Of a stretch of 64,000 nucleotides of DNA, positions 1 through 13,329 are shown one piece after another; within the stretch, counting starts at the first letter, position 1; each line of letters opens with the position of its first letter. Source of the DNA: Octopus bimaculoides. Its lineage: Eukaryota. The stretch covers positions 111,192,845 through 111,256,844 of the forward strand of contig NC_068983.1 of NCBI RefSeq assembly GCF_001194135.2. Reading direction: 5' to 3'. The position numbers and the translations under genes were made by a program. Below the pieces are notes generated by a model. The model ran no database searches, had not been told where the DNA came from, and saw nothing but the letters and a program-made list of their open reading frames with translations.

Positions 1-73
1 TATATTTTAATGAGATTGTTCTTTCTCCCTAAATATTTTTTGGTAGAAGGTGAATTCTCTGTCACTTATCTAG

Positions 74-132
74 AGGAGGATTTCACACTTCAGTAGGAGG
101 ATTTCACACTTCAGTAGGAGGATTTCACACTT
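74..132. repeat. 21-bp minisatellite (GGAGGATTTCACACTTCAGTA), about 3 copies
   Basis: Tandem copies read directly from the sequence. Confidence 0.9.
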
Positions 133-1270
133 GAAGAGGACCTAGCACGGTCCCGAACTACTTCGACTTAGTCACTTGAACTATAATTTCCCCCATATGC
201 TTGAACGTACTTTCCTCTTCAGTATCTGTTGCTGATTCTAGTTGTCGAATTTTAACCGACACACCATTGTCGTTTGGGCTGTTGCTCCCAAATTCTCAGC
301 AGGAATGGCAACTTTTGCTTTCTTCCTGTAGACTACCACAAATTTTGCTGCCTCTTTGAGTCCTGTTATCTTGTCGCTAAGCAGAAAGCAAATACAGAAA
401 AGGAAATCTCTTTGGATATGTTTCTTCAATTATAATTTGAAAACAGTTAAAATACTATATCCGCAAAGTTGACGTGTTTATTATATCTTCATATTAAAGG
501 TGTAAACCTACTCATGCACGCTGTTTTCAGCGGCAATGTGTAGGAAATATCACCAAACGAATTCTGGATGAAAATGTCATGTCCATATACATATTTCTCT
601 TTATTTAGTCGTAGGTTATGCTTCGGTTTTAGTTCTTAAATTCACACCAACAGTTGCTGAATAACTTTGTCATTCTTGGTATAAATCAATTTTTCCTCGA
701 AAGATTATGCAATAACTGTTATATTATTTATAATAATTATGCATCATAAGACTTTATGTGTTGTAGAAAGGTATGTTGTGAGTTTGTAGATTTTGGAGCT
801 TACATTTTCTTAGTTTGGGAGATAAACATACTCTTGGATTACTTTAATGAGCCAGTCAAGTGTTGTTCTTGTCTCTGTTAGTATCATATTAAACATCTTA
901 TGTCGTTTATCAAGCATAATAACCAGAAGATTAGAATCTCATCTTATTTTAAAGCCTTACAGTCGCTTCTTGCGTTATCTGGGTTATTTCTTCTGTTGTT
1001 AGTACTTCTCAGGATTGTCGAGTTACCATGTTCGTTGTTTAGAACAATAGTGTCTGTAATAGATCCTTCGCTGCGCATACAATTCAACTCAATTCTTCTG
1101 CTCTTCTTGTTTTGGGATCATGAATATTTACGCTCCGTAAATTCTGACTGTACGTTGTATATATATGTCTATTAGAAATTAGATGTTAGAGCTGTAGAAT
1201 ACTTCCTCAGAAAACCAAGTTGTTATCTCGCCTAAATTAAGAAGATACAGCTATTTTTCTGCCCAGTGTA

Positions 1271-1279
1271 ATACATACA

Positions 1280-1313
<34 letters not shown>

Positions 1314-1337
1314 ACTACATACACACANNNNNNNNNN

Positions 1338-1400
<63 letters not shown>
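1271..1400. repeat. Compound microsatellite (TACA)n/(CA)n/(TA)n with a 10-N gap
   Basis: Directly visible; explains ORF 1251..1451. Confidence 0.95.
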
Positions 1401-1407
<7 letters not shown>

Positions 1408-2704
1408 TGGTGTGTTTGTGTGTGTGTGAAAAATATCAATAATTTTGACATCTGAGGAAGGGTGTGCTAAAATGGGGTAGAGGTAGCGTTAAAGCTGTCG
1501 TTTACTTCAAGGAATTTGCTTGACAAATCAAATTACTTTCTTTGAAAGTTTCTGGAATAAACTTGATAAATAATGTGTAGGTGTTGACACCGACAACACA
1601 AATAGCGCCAAGGTACAGCAAGCAGTCGGGTGAAATCGGTATCGGTATAACTATAGCGACATTAAAAGTCGAACAACGACAAAAACAACAACAACAACAG
1701 CAGCACCACCAATAGCAACAACAGTAAGAGCAGCAACAATAGTGGCAACAGTAACAAGAAAAAGAAAAGTCTTACAATATGAGAATGGAAAGGATAAAAA
1801 TATCAATATCAACAAGAACGAAAACGAAAAGGTCGGGAATGTCAGCTAAAAGTGAAACTAAACACGCAACACTAACATCATCAACAACGAAAAGAAAACA
1901 GAAAATAACAATTACAACTACATCCACAACAATTTCAGTAAAGGCAACAACAATAATAACCAAGATATGCACCTCTGTTAGCAGAGACATCAGTACTTGG
2001 ATTGAATTAACACTTTATTTCAAAAGTGAACAAAAACGGTGAGCACAACCTTACGCAAAGTATCCTGAGGTGTAGAATTGTTCGGTAAATATTGCTGTCG
2101 CCTAAAGATGCATAAAGAAAACGAAAACTATGTAAAACATTCTACCGACTAAAGTGGAAAGTGTCTGAAAAGTCTATCATTAGCTAAATCATAAAAAATA
2201 AATTAGATGAATCAGTTCAAAACCTCGTTTTCAAAACATGAGAAAGTTACCCCAGTAACCCAAATTTTATTGAAGAATTTAGTCTAATTTCTATTAAAGA
2301 CGTGATTTATAAAGTGATGCACATTTGAATCAGCTACCACTTACATTCGAAACTTTTTGCACAAAATACAGTTTATTCTCAAGAGCATAATGTTTATAAA
2401 AAGCAGAAAGCAAAAGTATTTCAATTGCTGTGGTACAAATCATTTCAAGATTTTGTCTCCTTGTAAAACAGAAGCTACAAACAAAATACTACAAATACTT
2501 GCGTCAAATAAAGGAACAGCAGTAAAAATGTGAGAATAAAATAAACAAACTATGGCAGCCATGTCAGTGAAAATAAAGGCATCAGCAACAAGAAACTGCT
2601 ACAATTTAGTCTCATAAGATTCTCGTAGAAGTGTCTTCGTGGGTTGTTTGTTTCGAAACAAAATATCAGAAACTCCCATGAACTTTCCGTTATATCTTAT
2701 TTAA

Positions 2705-3044
2705 TGTAGAAATTCTGGTTATCGAACTGGTGAAATTGTTGAATACAGAAGACTGGAAATCATTAACTGTAAATAGTTTTTACTCATCTAAGAATGATGG
2801 AATGATATCCGTCAATTGTTTTAGTCCTGAACCATGCTGATCAGAATTCAGCCCTGTTTAAATATCATTCGGAAACCTCGTTTTCAACTGGCTAGTGAGA
2901 TGATGGATATAACTGTGAGTAGTGATATGAATAGTAATTTTTATCAAGGTGAGTTCGTAAAGATTTTAGTCATCAAAATATATGCGTGTGTGAGCAGTGA
3001 ATGTATGTATCCAGAGAATGCAGGAAATAATATGGCGAATTACA
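2705..3044 (-). repeat. 3' LTR (about 340 bp, TGTA...TACA)
   Basis: Begins TGTA just after the integrase tail and ends CTACA. Its last ~82 bp match 5044-5128. The start at 3044 is inferred. Confidence 0.7.
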
Positions 3045-5043
3045 ATATTTCGGATAGTTCACGCCTTCCGGTTTCTCAAGTTGTATGCGTGTAGACGCTG
3101 TTGGCCAGCTTCCAATAGCTCAAGATTTTCAAGTTTTGTGCTGTTGGCTTCTTCAGGGTCTATAACACTCGTTCCGGACTCGACTGCCGGTGGTTCCGCA
3201 TTGAAATCGTTCACAGGATCCTAGTTGCAGGTATCAAGCCCGGTTGATGTAACGGAAAGCTGCGCATCTTCCCCCGGAGCCAGATATTTCAACGAAACCG
3301 CTTCCTTCTTGTCACTCGATAAGTGTACTTGGGCGTACTCTGGAATACATTCAAGTAACTCAACCTCTTCTACTGCTCTGTCGCATTTTGAAAACTGCGG
3401 TTGTTTCTTTAGGAGCCCAGGTCCACTCTTCACTAGCCATTCTGGTAGTAAGAACCCAGAGGTTGAGCAGCGGTGAAAACTGAACAGCCTCTTGTGAGGC
3501 TCGGTGTTAGTGGCCGTACAGAGGGGTGAGCCAATAGAATGTAGAGCATCAAGGAATACGTGCTGCTAGTGACTCGCACTTAATCCTGCAGACTTCAACG
3601 CTAAAGTAATGGATTTTGCATAAGGTTGAGTTGAGGCTTTTGACGTGACTATTCCCGTACTGAGATATTTTCTCAACCAGTTCATCGATGCGTGGCACAG
3701 AGTAAGGGTCAGCTTGTGTGTATCGATTGAATGTCTGACTACAATCGATTATCATTCGTCTTTTGTGTCTTCGACCACTAGTGACTAAATCTTGCCCTCC
3801 AAGCAGAACGAGATGTTTCCGATAAACGATGACTGACTACATCTTCGATAAATTTCTGATCCGGCAATGACAGCCGCCTGAATTTAGCAGCAATATGTTT
3901 TGCAATGTGGTGAAAACGACCCTAATAATGAAAGAGTATCAATGCGAACCGCGACAAGTCACTGAAATGGAGGCCTGGGACTCCCGAAAGCTATGTTTAC
4001 ATGTTCATGCTATTTCAAAAATCATTATCACAATAGACCAATTTGGTGAAATAGTAACCTCGTGTAACGCTTGACAAGGTTGTAGAGGCCATCGAAATAA
4101 GAGTGTTTGATGGATGGATGCCCCAACCATGTGAGTGTACAATATGAGATGATATGTAACTATCGGAGCTTGAAGTATCACACTATTTACGTACACTTTA
4201 AGAACGACAGAAAACAATGACGCCAGAAGTGCTGCTGAGAATATGGCAATGTGAGATTTGTGTATGAAATAAAACATTTGTTTGTGGGAGATGATTGACA
4301 TATCTGCAGGAAATGATCAACTTTGTTACAGGCTTTACATTACTCTTCCTGAGATGGGCACTTGGAACGTGGGTGTGTTTTCTAATCACAGAAAAACATT
4401 TAGGTGTGGCGGCTGCTAAATTTGTGTCATGTATAGTTTCATGTTTGGGCTGGAAAGAGATGCAGGTTACGTAACACAAGACTCATTATGGGGAATAACT
4501 GATCGTATGTAACTTATGGATTGAGCTTCTGCAGTCTCCAACGTCTTTGCTTGGATGAAGGCCGGGTCAAGGTCTAGGTTATCCTGTTCCAATAGCCGTT
4601 GGCGTATGTTACTAGATTGCGTACTACTGATGAAGGCATCTCTTGTAGCTTCATTGAGATGTTCAGCAGCCGGAACAGCTTTGTCACTTTAGTCTTTCGC
4701 CAGTAATTTGAGTTTCTGAAGGTACTGATCAAAATCTTGGCCGTATTTTGCTTGCAAGTGTACAACAGTAGACGCGCACACACCACATTCTTTGGTTTCT
4801 TACAGCGAGATAAGAACGTCGAGAGCTCTGTCATACGTGTCGCAGTCCGTAATATACTCGAACAATTCGAAGCCGATGTAATTCGCGAGCAGCTGGGACT
4901 TATCTTCTTCCGCCGCGCTGAGTGATTCTAGATAGTTAGTAAATGTAAAATACCAATTTTTCCACCTTTTTCCAGAAGTAGGTATGCATGGGGCAATATG
5001 GAAATTTTCTGAGTGTAGTGCATTGTCCATTAGAAGAGTAAAT

Positions 5044-5128
5044 TGTAGAAATCCTGGTTATCGAACTGGTGAAATTGTTGAATACAGAAGGCTGGAAATC
5101 ATTGGTTGTAAATTGGCTTTACTCTTCA
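5044..5128 (-). repeat. 5' LTR remnant (3' ~85 bp only)
   Basis: Close match to 2705-2786; lies immediately upstream of the gag ATG at 5030. Confidence 0.8.
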
Positions 5129-7000
5129 TAATTTCTTCTGCTCGATGATATTCTGTATCCTAAAAATTATTTCATAACAATGCTGCTCTTGCTGGAAACT
5201 TACCGAAACTTGTCTTTTTGTAGTGTTGCTTCAATGATGTCACGATGTCCCCGTAATCGTCTGCTAGTAAATATCTTTCCTAGGATTGAAAACAATATAG
5301 CAAAGGACTAGTTCTAATAATCGGCTTTCTTCTTTGTTTTCTTCGGCAGTTTGAAGCACACACCTTGCTGCGACATTTCTAGTAGTCATTGTTGTTGCTT
5401 GTATCTGTTCAGTGGCATGGTCAATATTACGGAACTCCAGCTTCAGTGCTTTAGTAATTCAATTGATATCTGATCCAGACGAGCAGCTTATATTGACATT
5501 TCAATTTACTTCTTCATCTCTAATGTTTCATCCCGGTTGATGTGATTCACCAAAAAATTCGAACGCTGCTAGTGGAGATGGATGGTTCAGTGTCTCCTTA
5601 AAGTATTCCCCCCTAAAAAGTATTTTTCTTCTGTTAGCAAGAGCACTTTCCCATTCTTTTCTTTTACTAGAAAGTTCAGGATAATTTTGTGTCAACCAAG
5701 TTCTCTAGCAATTTTGAACTCTGTCTTCCTATCATTTTGGCAGCTTACCTATTTTGTTTCATTTCTTTTTCCCTTAATTTACACTATCTTCTCAGTTCTG
5801 ATAACTACCAATTTATTTCCGTCACTTGGGATCTTTAAATTGTAACCTTTGAATTGTTTATCACTTGTTGCACTTTTCTAGTGTAAAACACTGTAATAAC
5901 TTTCCAGTTTGCAATTTCTAGTTTGATTACTACATTCAAAGTCGCCCTTTTTATCGAGAGATGATGATCCTTTTGGCTTTCAGCTCCTTCACACCTGGGG
6001 CGGAGCTTTCTTCCCAATACAATCGCCTTATTATATTATTTTGAATAAATTCTCTATTTTCTTTTAAGGATAATCTATGTTGTTAAGATGGTATTTCACA
6101 CAGAATATTCTTTTTATGGTGGGCTTTCATAACAATAATCAGTAGATTAACCTTTATCTTTCAATATGCATAATTTGATAGAACTCAGAATGTGGTGAGT
6201 TTCTAATTCTTCAAGTTCATTGCCTAGTTAAATGTTTTGCCAACATTATTAATATTTTTAATGTTTCACCAACATGTTTCTAATAGACATTTATGATTCC
6301 CTCCTAGATGTACCGCAATGTTCCTCAGCCACGTGTTGCAGTGTCTTTTAGAGTAAAGAGTTGAATTAGTTTATTTTGCTTTATATGTTTGATTTGCTAC
6401 AAAAATATGTGTAAAATTTGAGATATGTGTTGGCGGTGTGGGAAATGTGTTGTAGTAGGTGTCAATAATGTTGGAGTATATATTTTGTTTCTTTTACTGA
6501 GTGGTGATTATGTCGTGTACGAAGAATTTATTGGCTGTTATGTAAGTTGCACTATTTTATTGATCAGATGATTCTATAGGGAATGTATTGTCTATGCTTC
6601 TGGGAGTAAAGTGTGTGAGTTATGTTACTGAAGGGAAAATTTCATAAGCAGGACGTGGGCTGTAGTCAACAGTAATATAATTTGAATTGTTACCAGAGTT
6701 GTAAATCATATTATGGTTTGTAATTTCACTGAGCCATTGAGGGTTTTACTTAGATTTCTTAATGGATCAGAGTTACCTAGAAATAGATTGATGATATTGG
6801 GATATAGGTGTTTTCCAACAATATTCATTTTTATTTTTTACTTTATGGGAATATGATTGTCTTTCCGTACTGACATGGCATGTGTGGTGAACCTCATGTT
6901 TACACAGATAATTTTTGTCCTTGATTAACAACTATTATTTCTTAGATCCTTACCACTAGAAAGTAAGAAAAATGGTTAATATTTCCTTCAAACTTTGCTT
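5129..7000 (-). mobile_element. Heavily degraded non-LTR retrotransposon ORF2 remnant (RTE-like)
   Basis: Frameshifted traces of the NYRxISLL...RNIIEQ RT region next to the LTR; A-rich minus strand. Upstream boundary uncertain. Confidence 0.4.
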
Positions 7001-7558
7001 CTGTTGCATTTATTCAAACCCGAAAGAATCGCTCTCAACACATTACTATGATACTCCCCGCTGCTCAAGTGGTTAAGATCAAGCAACTGACAAGCAAATC
7101 TGTGGTACTGAGCAGAATATTTGCTATAACCATATTTCTGCATCAGCAACTCAAAGATGAATCCGTCTGAAACGTAATGAAAAACAGATCAGTTTCAAAA
7201 TATTGATATCCAGGTCACAGAATTAAAGTTTGAAGGGAACAGTAGGCATTTCCTTTGATTTTTAGATAGAAATAAATAGGAAATAACATTTACAGATCAA
7301 TGACAAAAAAACATAATAATAATAATAAATTTATAGAGCTGGCTTTAATTATCTCTCTACTTTCGTGTGATATGAGCTAATTTGAATAACCTATCGGTAT
7401 AATAGGAATGTTATTATATCGTGTTTAAACGCTTTTAAACATGTTTCTTCTCCATAATCAGAAATAGCCCCATGATCTTAAGATATGTGCAACATTATAT
7501 TTTTTAATGTAGAATCGTGTTTACATATTGCATAAATTTTTATTTGTTTTGGTATTTG

Positions 7559-7667
7559 TTCTATTGTGTACAGTGCACATAGTTCTATTTTGTACAGTGC
7601 ACATAGTTCTATTTTGTACAGTGCACATAGTTCTATTGTGTACAGTGCACATAGTTCTATTGGGTAC
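7559..7667. repeat. 24-bp minisatellite (AGTTCTATT[G/T]TGTACAGTGCACAT), about 4.5 copies
   Basis: Tandem copies read directly. Confidence 0.9.
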
Positions 7668-7879
7668 GATGTGATTTTAGAGTTTCCTTTGTCGTACAGA
7701 GTATGTGTAATGCAAGATGTGCCATCTTGATGGACGGTGTTGGTTTAGTACATGTTGTGCAATAGGTGTTATATATTTGCATGTCCAGTGTTGATTGCGT
7801 TCACTATATGCTTGGAAGGTTTGATTACATAAACAGGTGCTACACGGAACGAGAATTGTGGTATTACATATGCACATGT

Positions 7880-8005
7880 GCTTACACACACACATACATA
7901 CCTATAGTACATACACACACACACATACATATGCATGCATACCTTTGCGCGTATGTATGTATATATGTGTGTGTGTGTGTATCTCTCTCTCTCACTATTT
8001 ATATA

Positions 8006-8050
<45 letters not shown>

Positions 8051-8065
8051 CTAACTATATATATG
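7880..8065. repeat. Compound microsatellite (CA)/(TG)/(CT)/(ATCT)/(TA)
   Basis: Directly visible; explains ORFs 7766..8068 and 7837..8187. Confidence 0.95.
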
Positions 8066-9799
8066 TAATTATTTCAAATAAACGAATAATAGCAAAATTA
8101 ACAATAACAGACCGCAAAAGTCCGTGCACAAGGAATGTATTAGCTAGACACTCAGTAAAAGGAGAGTTTTTCACGTTTCGATCATAGATATGTATACATT
8201 GTAAGGAATGTGCTTTATGTGAGTTGCTATATTTTCCTAGGGGATGACTGGAAATTGCTGTGTACAGATTGTGTATTTAATTGTAATTTTGAAATGAAAA
8301 TGTAATGCTATGGCTGCGTTTAACACGGTTATATTCTGAACCCGGGTACATTTTTTCTATATTTGTTCATTGGTTCGTGTTCCTATTATCCAGGCTGTTC
8401 TTAACATTTATATCGCCTAAAGAATGTTTGTTTTCATATAAATGTCTCTGTATACGTTACTAGTTTACACACCAGCTTCCTAAGATGTCAAAAATAACAG
8501 ATAAGTCTATCAGAGTACAGACTTTTTGTTTCAGTTTCAGATAATTATGTGGTCGTTGTCACATAGTATGATAGATATATGTTTATATCGATAATTCACT
8601 CGATACTTCACGCTGAAGCATCGATATACCCATGGTCATAGCTACCAACAGCATCTGCTTGTGAATATTGTTTGACATAACAAGGATTGGTGAGCCGGAA
8701 ATGATGCGCTCAATTGTTTCCTGTGCAGATTGCAAATTCTCATATCATGTTACATTTCCTTTATTCTGTTATTTTCTATTGTAATTATTTGTGCTATGTA
8801 TTAGTTGTATGTAGCTAAAATCACAACTTTCTCATGCTGCCCTTAGCACAGAGATTTTGAGACATTGTCGGCTTCCATTTCAGCTTTTTTTTTTGTATAT
8901 TTTGGAATTACATTATAATTTTGCTCTTATTTTTTGTTAATATTTTCATTTTTATCATTATCTAACCATCTTCCTCGCGTATAGTTAGTTTGAAGTTGAA
9001 ATTTTATTGTCTCTTTTATATATAGACAAATGGGATTTTTTTCGTTCTCACTTATTATAGTAATGAATTATCCTTTGCTTGCTTCTAAGTAATTTTATTT
9101 CCCACAATCATTTCTTTGTTGATCCTTTCCATCTGAATGAAACCCGTCCTGTCTCAATGTAGGTTAGATATTTTCTATCAATATAAGCTCTGCGCTAGTA
9201 ACTTCAGAACAGTGTTAGTAGCTACTATTTTTTCTCTCTAAGCAATTCAATTCAATTAACTTTCAGTTTCCCTTTTGAAAGCCGTTCTTTTTAACTGAAA
9301 TGGCTAGGATTTTATATCAATTATCTTATTTCTTGCATTGAGTGCACTTTTTAATACCGAGAATCTGTTTCCTCTATTGAATTCCTTTACGGTTTCTTTT
9401 ATTTCCGTTTGCATCCTATCGGTTTTTCTACCCTAATTATTTGATTGGGTAGTTCTTGTATAATTCTCAGATTTCGATATCTATATCTAATTTAATGTTC
9501 TCAAATTTGCATTATTTGCCTTGTTTTAGCGCATATTTTGTGCTCATTCTTCATTTTATGTCTTGGCTGAATTTACTAATCTTTCATGAAAACAAATGAA
9601 TGACGAGACTGTGACCTGATAGACCGAATTAAGTCAGAATATAAATTATTTTTCCAAAGATGCGTTACGTACGCGAAAAATAGAGCTAAATAGCAAGCTT
9701 ATGACAGATAATGAAGAAAACGTAAGGTGTACTACAAGGAAATTATTAATGCCAGCTATGCTTTTGATCATCTAAATTATGAAACATTGTGTATGCCCG

Positions 9800-10680
9800 A
9801 AAAAAATGGGTATGCCAGAAGTCTTAGATTTTTTGTGACCAACATATTATTCAAAACAATAAGCTATAGTAAGAGCAGAATTTTGAGTAACAAGGATTTG
9901 TTGTCGAGTTGCTTAGTTCTATAGTTTTAACATAGGCAGTGAAAGTAACAGACGGTAAGTGATATTGGATGAGATAGGTCGATTTAAATTACTGGAACAG
10001 ACAATTAACAGTCTGAGTTACGCGGATGACACAAGTATGCTTGCAGAAAATGAAAAAGGTCTCAAAATATTGCTGAAAAAACTGACAGAGGAAAATGAAA
10101 AGGCTGCATTTAAATGAAACTTTAAAATATTTACAATTAAATCAACTTCGAATTTAAAGAAATTTAATATTGGAGATCAAACAGTAGAAGTAGTGGGCGA
10201 GTTTATTTTTGAAGGTCCACGGTTGAAAGAAGTGAGAGGTATTAAAATTAAATTTAAAAAGTATGGCCCTTAGAAAAGCTACTATGATGGGACTAAGAAA
10301 ATTATGAGAGATAAAGAAGTGTCGCAAGCAACAAAGGAGGGATTGTTAAAATCAATGATATACCCATTAATGATGTATGGATGCGAAAGTTGGGCAATTA
10401 ACAAACAAGATAGAAGGCAAATTGATGCATTTGAAATGTGGTGCTACAGAAGATTATTGACTGTTTCATGGACGGGAAAAAATACCCAAAACAGATCGAT
10501 ACTGCAGCAAGTAATACCTGACAGTACTTTAGAAACATTGATTGTCAAACAATGATTAATATTCTTTGGTCACGTTCTCAAAGCGGATGATATCGAAAAA
10601 AAGAATTATGTTAGGGAAAACTAAAGATTTAAGAGAAAGAAGGCGGTCATGCATGAGGGGGTGGGATGAGGTAATAGTAA
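9800..10680 (+). mobile_element. RTE-clade LINE 3' fragment (RT core to C-terminus), pseudogenised
   Basis: YADDTSMLAENEKGL at ~10019; YPLMMYGCESWAINKQDRRQIDAFEMWCYRRLLTVSW (ORF 10304..10555); FFGHV-like motif follows. Confidence 0.9.
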
Positions 10681-11424
10681 CGAATAGGACGACTTTCCTT
10701 AGTTAGTTCCAAATGGGTGTGGGTAATAAGCAGAGAAGCAGAAAGCAGAACACAAAAAAAAACAAGCAAACAAAAGAAAAAAAGCAGTATGAATTTGTGG
10801 AACAAGAATTAGTAGGTTGTTTTCAGCAAGGTATTATCCTTTGAAAATATCCTGTGCTATTTTCATTCTATAATTCTTAATAGACTCAGAAATTCGCAGA
10901 AGTGTAGAAGGATAATGATTCTCATGGAATCATTATTCATTCTTATGGGTAAAGGGTTGATTTTATTTTTATTCTTTGGATTTGTAGTACCTTTACTATT
11001 TTCCATTTTAACATATCATGATCGATGTACCGTAAACTGTATTGAAGTAGTTTTATTTGTTAGAAGTGTCTCCAGTGGCCAACAGTGTCACACTCTTTCA
11101 AATGCTTTTTGACAATCAATCCAAGCCATGCTGAGGTTCACTTCCTCCTTTTTGCTGACCACTTCTAAGAGCAAGTACGGTTCTGTGCTAATACATTATT
11201 GTCTCTCAAGGGAATAACCAGTCTGTTGTAGATTATAGAAGTAAGAATTTTTATATATCAAGCAGGTTATAGTCCAGTAACTATAGGGTATCTACTATCT
11301 TTTAATTTTTAGCAATTAATGCTGATTTCCGTTCCCGCATGCATTAACTCACTGATTCATTGAATGCTGCTGCCACACGTCCACGGATACTGATAAGGCA
11401 TTTCAAAGAAAAGGAGCTTTCCAA

Positions 11425-11567
11425 TTTCAAAGTCTAGCACAAGGCCAACACTTTTGGGGAAGGGGTGAGTCGATTACATCGACCTCAGTGTTCAGCTGGT
11501 ACCTATTTTTAAATCGATTCCGAGAGGATGAAAGAGAAATTCGACCTCCGCGGAATTTGTACTCAGA
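11425..11567 (-). mobile_element. tRNA-derived SINE 3' fragment
   Basis: Reverse complement of the core and tail seen in the 32295-32735 copies. Confidence 0.75.
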
Positions 11568-11659
11568 CTTGTAATCGACTAGTCCAATACCCCAAAATTT
11601 CAAGCCTTCTGTCTTTAGTGGAAAGGATTACTGTTACTATCATTATTATTATTATTATT

Positions 11660-12200
11660 CCTTCGTAATACGGTGTAGATAAAAATGCACCGGAGTCTTT
11701 AGTTATCTGTGAAGTCATAACAAGGACCTCAGACAGATAATACTTCCTTAAGATGTACGCTGTGCCCAATAAAGCTGATTTTTGCAAGACATCAATCATG
11801 CATGGGATTTCCAGTTGCCCTCAGAAGTCGTGAAGTTTCAGTGGGATTGAGTCCAACGCTTCGATCACCACTGATATCACTTTTACATTATCCTCTCACA
11901 TTTCATACAGTCTTACCATTTCCACTTTGAATTCAGAGTATTTAGTGATTTTATCAACCTCTTTATTCCCAACATTCATGTCATTTGCTATGGTTACATC
12001 AATGATCTGACAGTATTTGTCTCTCTTATTCAATATGACAATACCCGGCCGACGGTGTTCGATTGCACTATCCGTCTGAAAATCATAGTCCCAGAGTATC
12101 ATTACTTTTCCACATTCCTGTATAACTTTACTTGGTACATGCTCATACCAGTCGTCTGTTACTTCATATTGGTATTTACGGCATAAGAGCCAATGAAGAT

Positions 12201-12251
<51 letters not shown>

Positions 12252-12850
12252 ATCATGGCGGCGTTTGTATTCTTTTTGCGCAAGGCTCTCACATCCACTT
12301 ACCAAGTGGGTCACATTTCCACACCCTTTTCATAGTCTGTATTTCTGGGTGTCAGAAGTTTTATAGATGTTATACTTCACTTAATTGGTAGCGAATGCCG
12401 TGTCTTGTGCAGCAATGATCAGACTTTCGGTGGTACGCTTCAAAGCACCTCGCTCAAGCCATACCCACGATGCTGTATTATCCTTAACGTCTTGTGTATT
12501 CCTTTCAAACTGTCCATGCATTCTCATTTCAAGAAGGTCTTCTTTTCTCTCCTCCTCAGCTCTTTGGTTAAACTCTTCCTTGCCCATCATTTCATCTGCA
12601 TTTACACCCATATCTTTCGCGGCATATTACAGCAGGTCTTCATCACTATTTATCAAATGCTTGGGAAGCGTTCTCCTTTCACTCCTTATACAATGGTCTA
12701 TACTAATTAGTCCGCTGCCACCATTCCTTCTTTTCATATGCAGTCTCTTTACGTTTGGTTTAGGGTATAACGCCCCCTGCAGCGTCATCAACTCTCTCGT
12801 CCTTCTACCCCTTTCTCCAAATTTCAGACTTTGTGCTTATATTAGAAATG
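11660..12850 (-). mobile_element. 5'-truncated R4/Dong-like non-LTR retrotransposon (RLE endonuclease type), flanked by (AAT)n on both sides
   Basis: MHGQFERN...WLERGALKRTTESLIIAAQD; LAQKEYKRRHD; HWLLCRKY...WYEHVP; ILWDYDFQTDSAIEHRRPGIVIL...IIDVTI...KITKYSE (RLE motif); LQKSALLGTAYILRKYL terminus. Confidence 0.9.
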
Positions 12851-12860
12851 ATTATTATTA

Positions 12861-12928
<68 letters not shown>

Positions 12929-13118
12929 ATTATTAACTGTTAGAATTTCATATAAAAAATTAATTCATAACATTCCGATTTCAAATTACGTCGCGTCGAC
13001 TTTGCTTTTCATCCGATGGGTTTCAATGAAACTAGTACCTTTCAAGTACTGCGTCGATATCATCAATTTACCCCCATCTTCAACTTTGCCAGCCTTATAC
13101 TAAAATTAGAATTGTTAT

Positions 13119-13162
<44 letters not shown>

Positions 13163-13250
13163 TATCATCATCATCGTCATCGTCGTCGTCGTTATCATCA
13201 TCCTCGAATGTGTCATCGTCGTCATCATCATCACCATAATCATGATTATC
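12851..13250. repeat. (ATT)n, a short SINE fragment, then (CAT)n/(CGT)n
   Basis: Directly visible; explains the poly-Tyr and poly-His ORF ends. Confidence 0.9.
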
Positions 13251-13329
13251 ACGTAAAAGTTTCGTGTACTCACTTCTTCCTGAGTTCTCCTAATTTGAAG
13301 TAGGTTTGGTTATAACACTTTGTTTTCTT

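Larger units (their letters stand above)
2705..5128 (-). mobile_element. Internally deleted, degenerate Ty3/Gypsy LTR retrotransposon
   Basis: Minus strand order: gag (MDNALHSENFH...KRWKNWYFTFTNYL...KKPKNVVCARLLL), RT N-terminus (KRRMIIDCSQTFNRYTQADPYSVPRIDELVEKISQY) joined directly to integrase core and C-terminus (GNSHVKSLNSTLCK...LCTATNTEPHKRLFSFHRCSTSG...EVELLECIPEYAQVHLSSDKKEAVSLKYLAPG). Direct repeats at 2705-2786 and 5044-5128. Confidence 0.9.

Noticed and set aside
130-1200. Possible Penelope RT remnant on the minus strand
   Set aside because: Only vague motif resemblance; no diagnostic motif could be read.
1620-2042. Thr/Ser/Lys-rich mucin-like ORF
   Set aside because: Decayed (ACA/GCA)n low-complexity tract without splice or homology support.
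2705-5128. Reading the 82-85 bp repeats as two complete short LTRs
   Set aside because: No TSD at those ends, and an LTR-like TGTA start at 3044 follows the integrase tail, so a truncated 5' LTR is more likely.
68-7667. Short tandem repeats as CRISPR-like arrays
   Set aside because: Units are contiguous with no unique spacers, there are no cas genes, and the context is eukaryotic.
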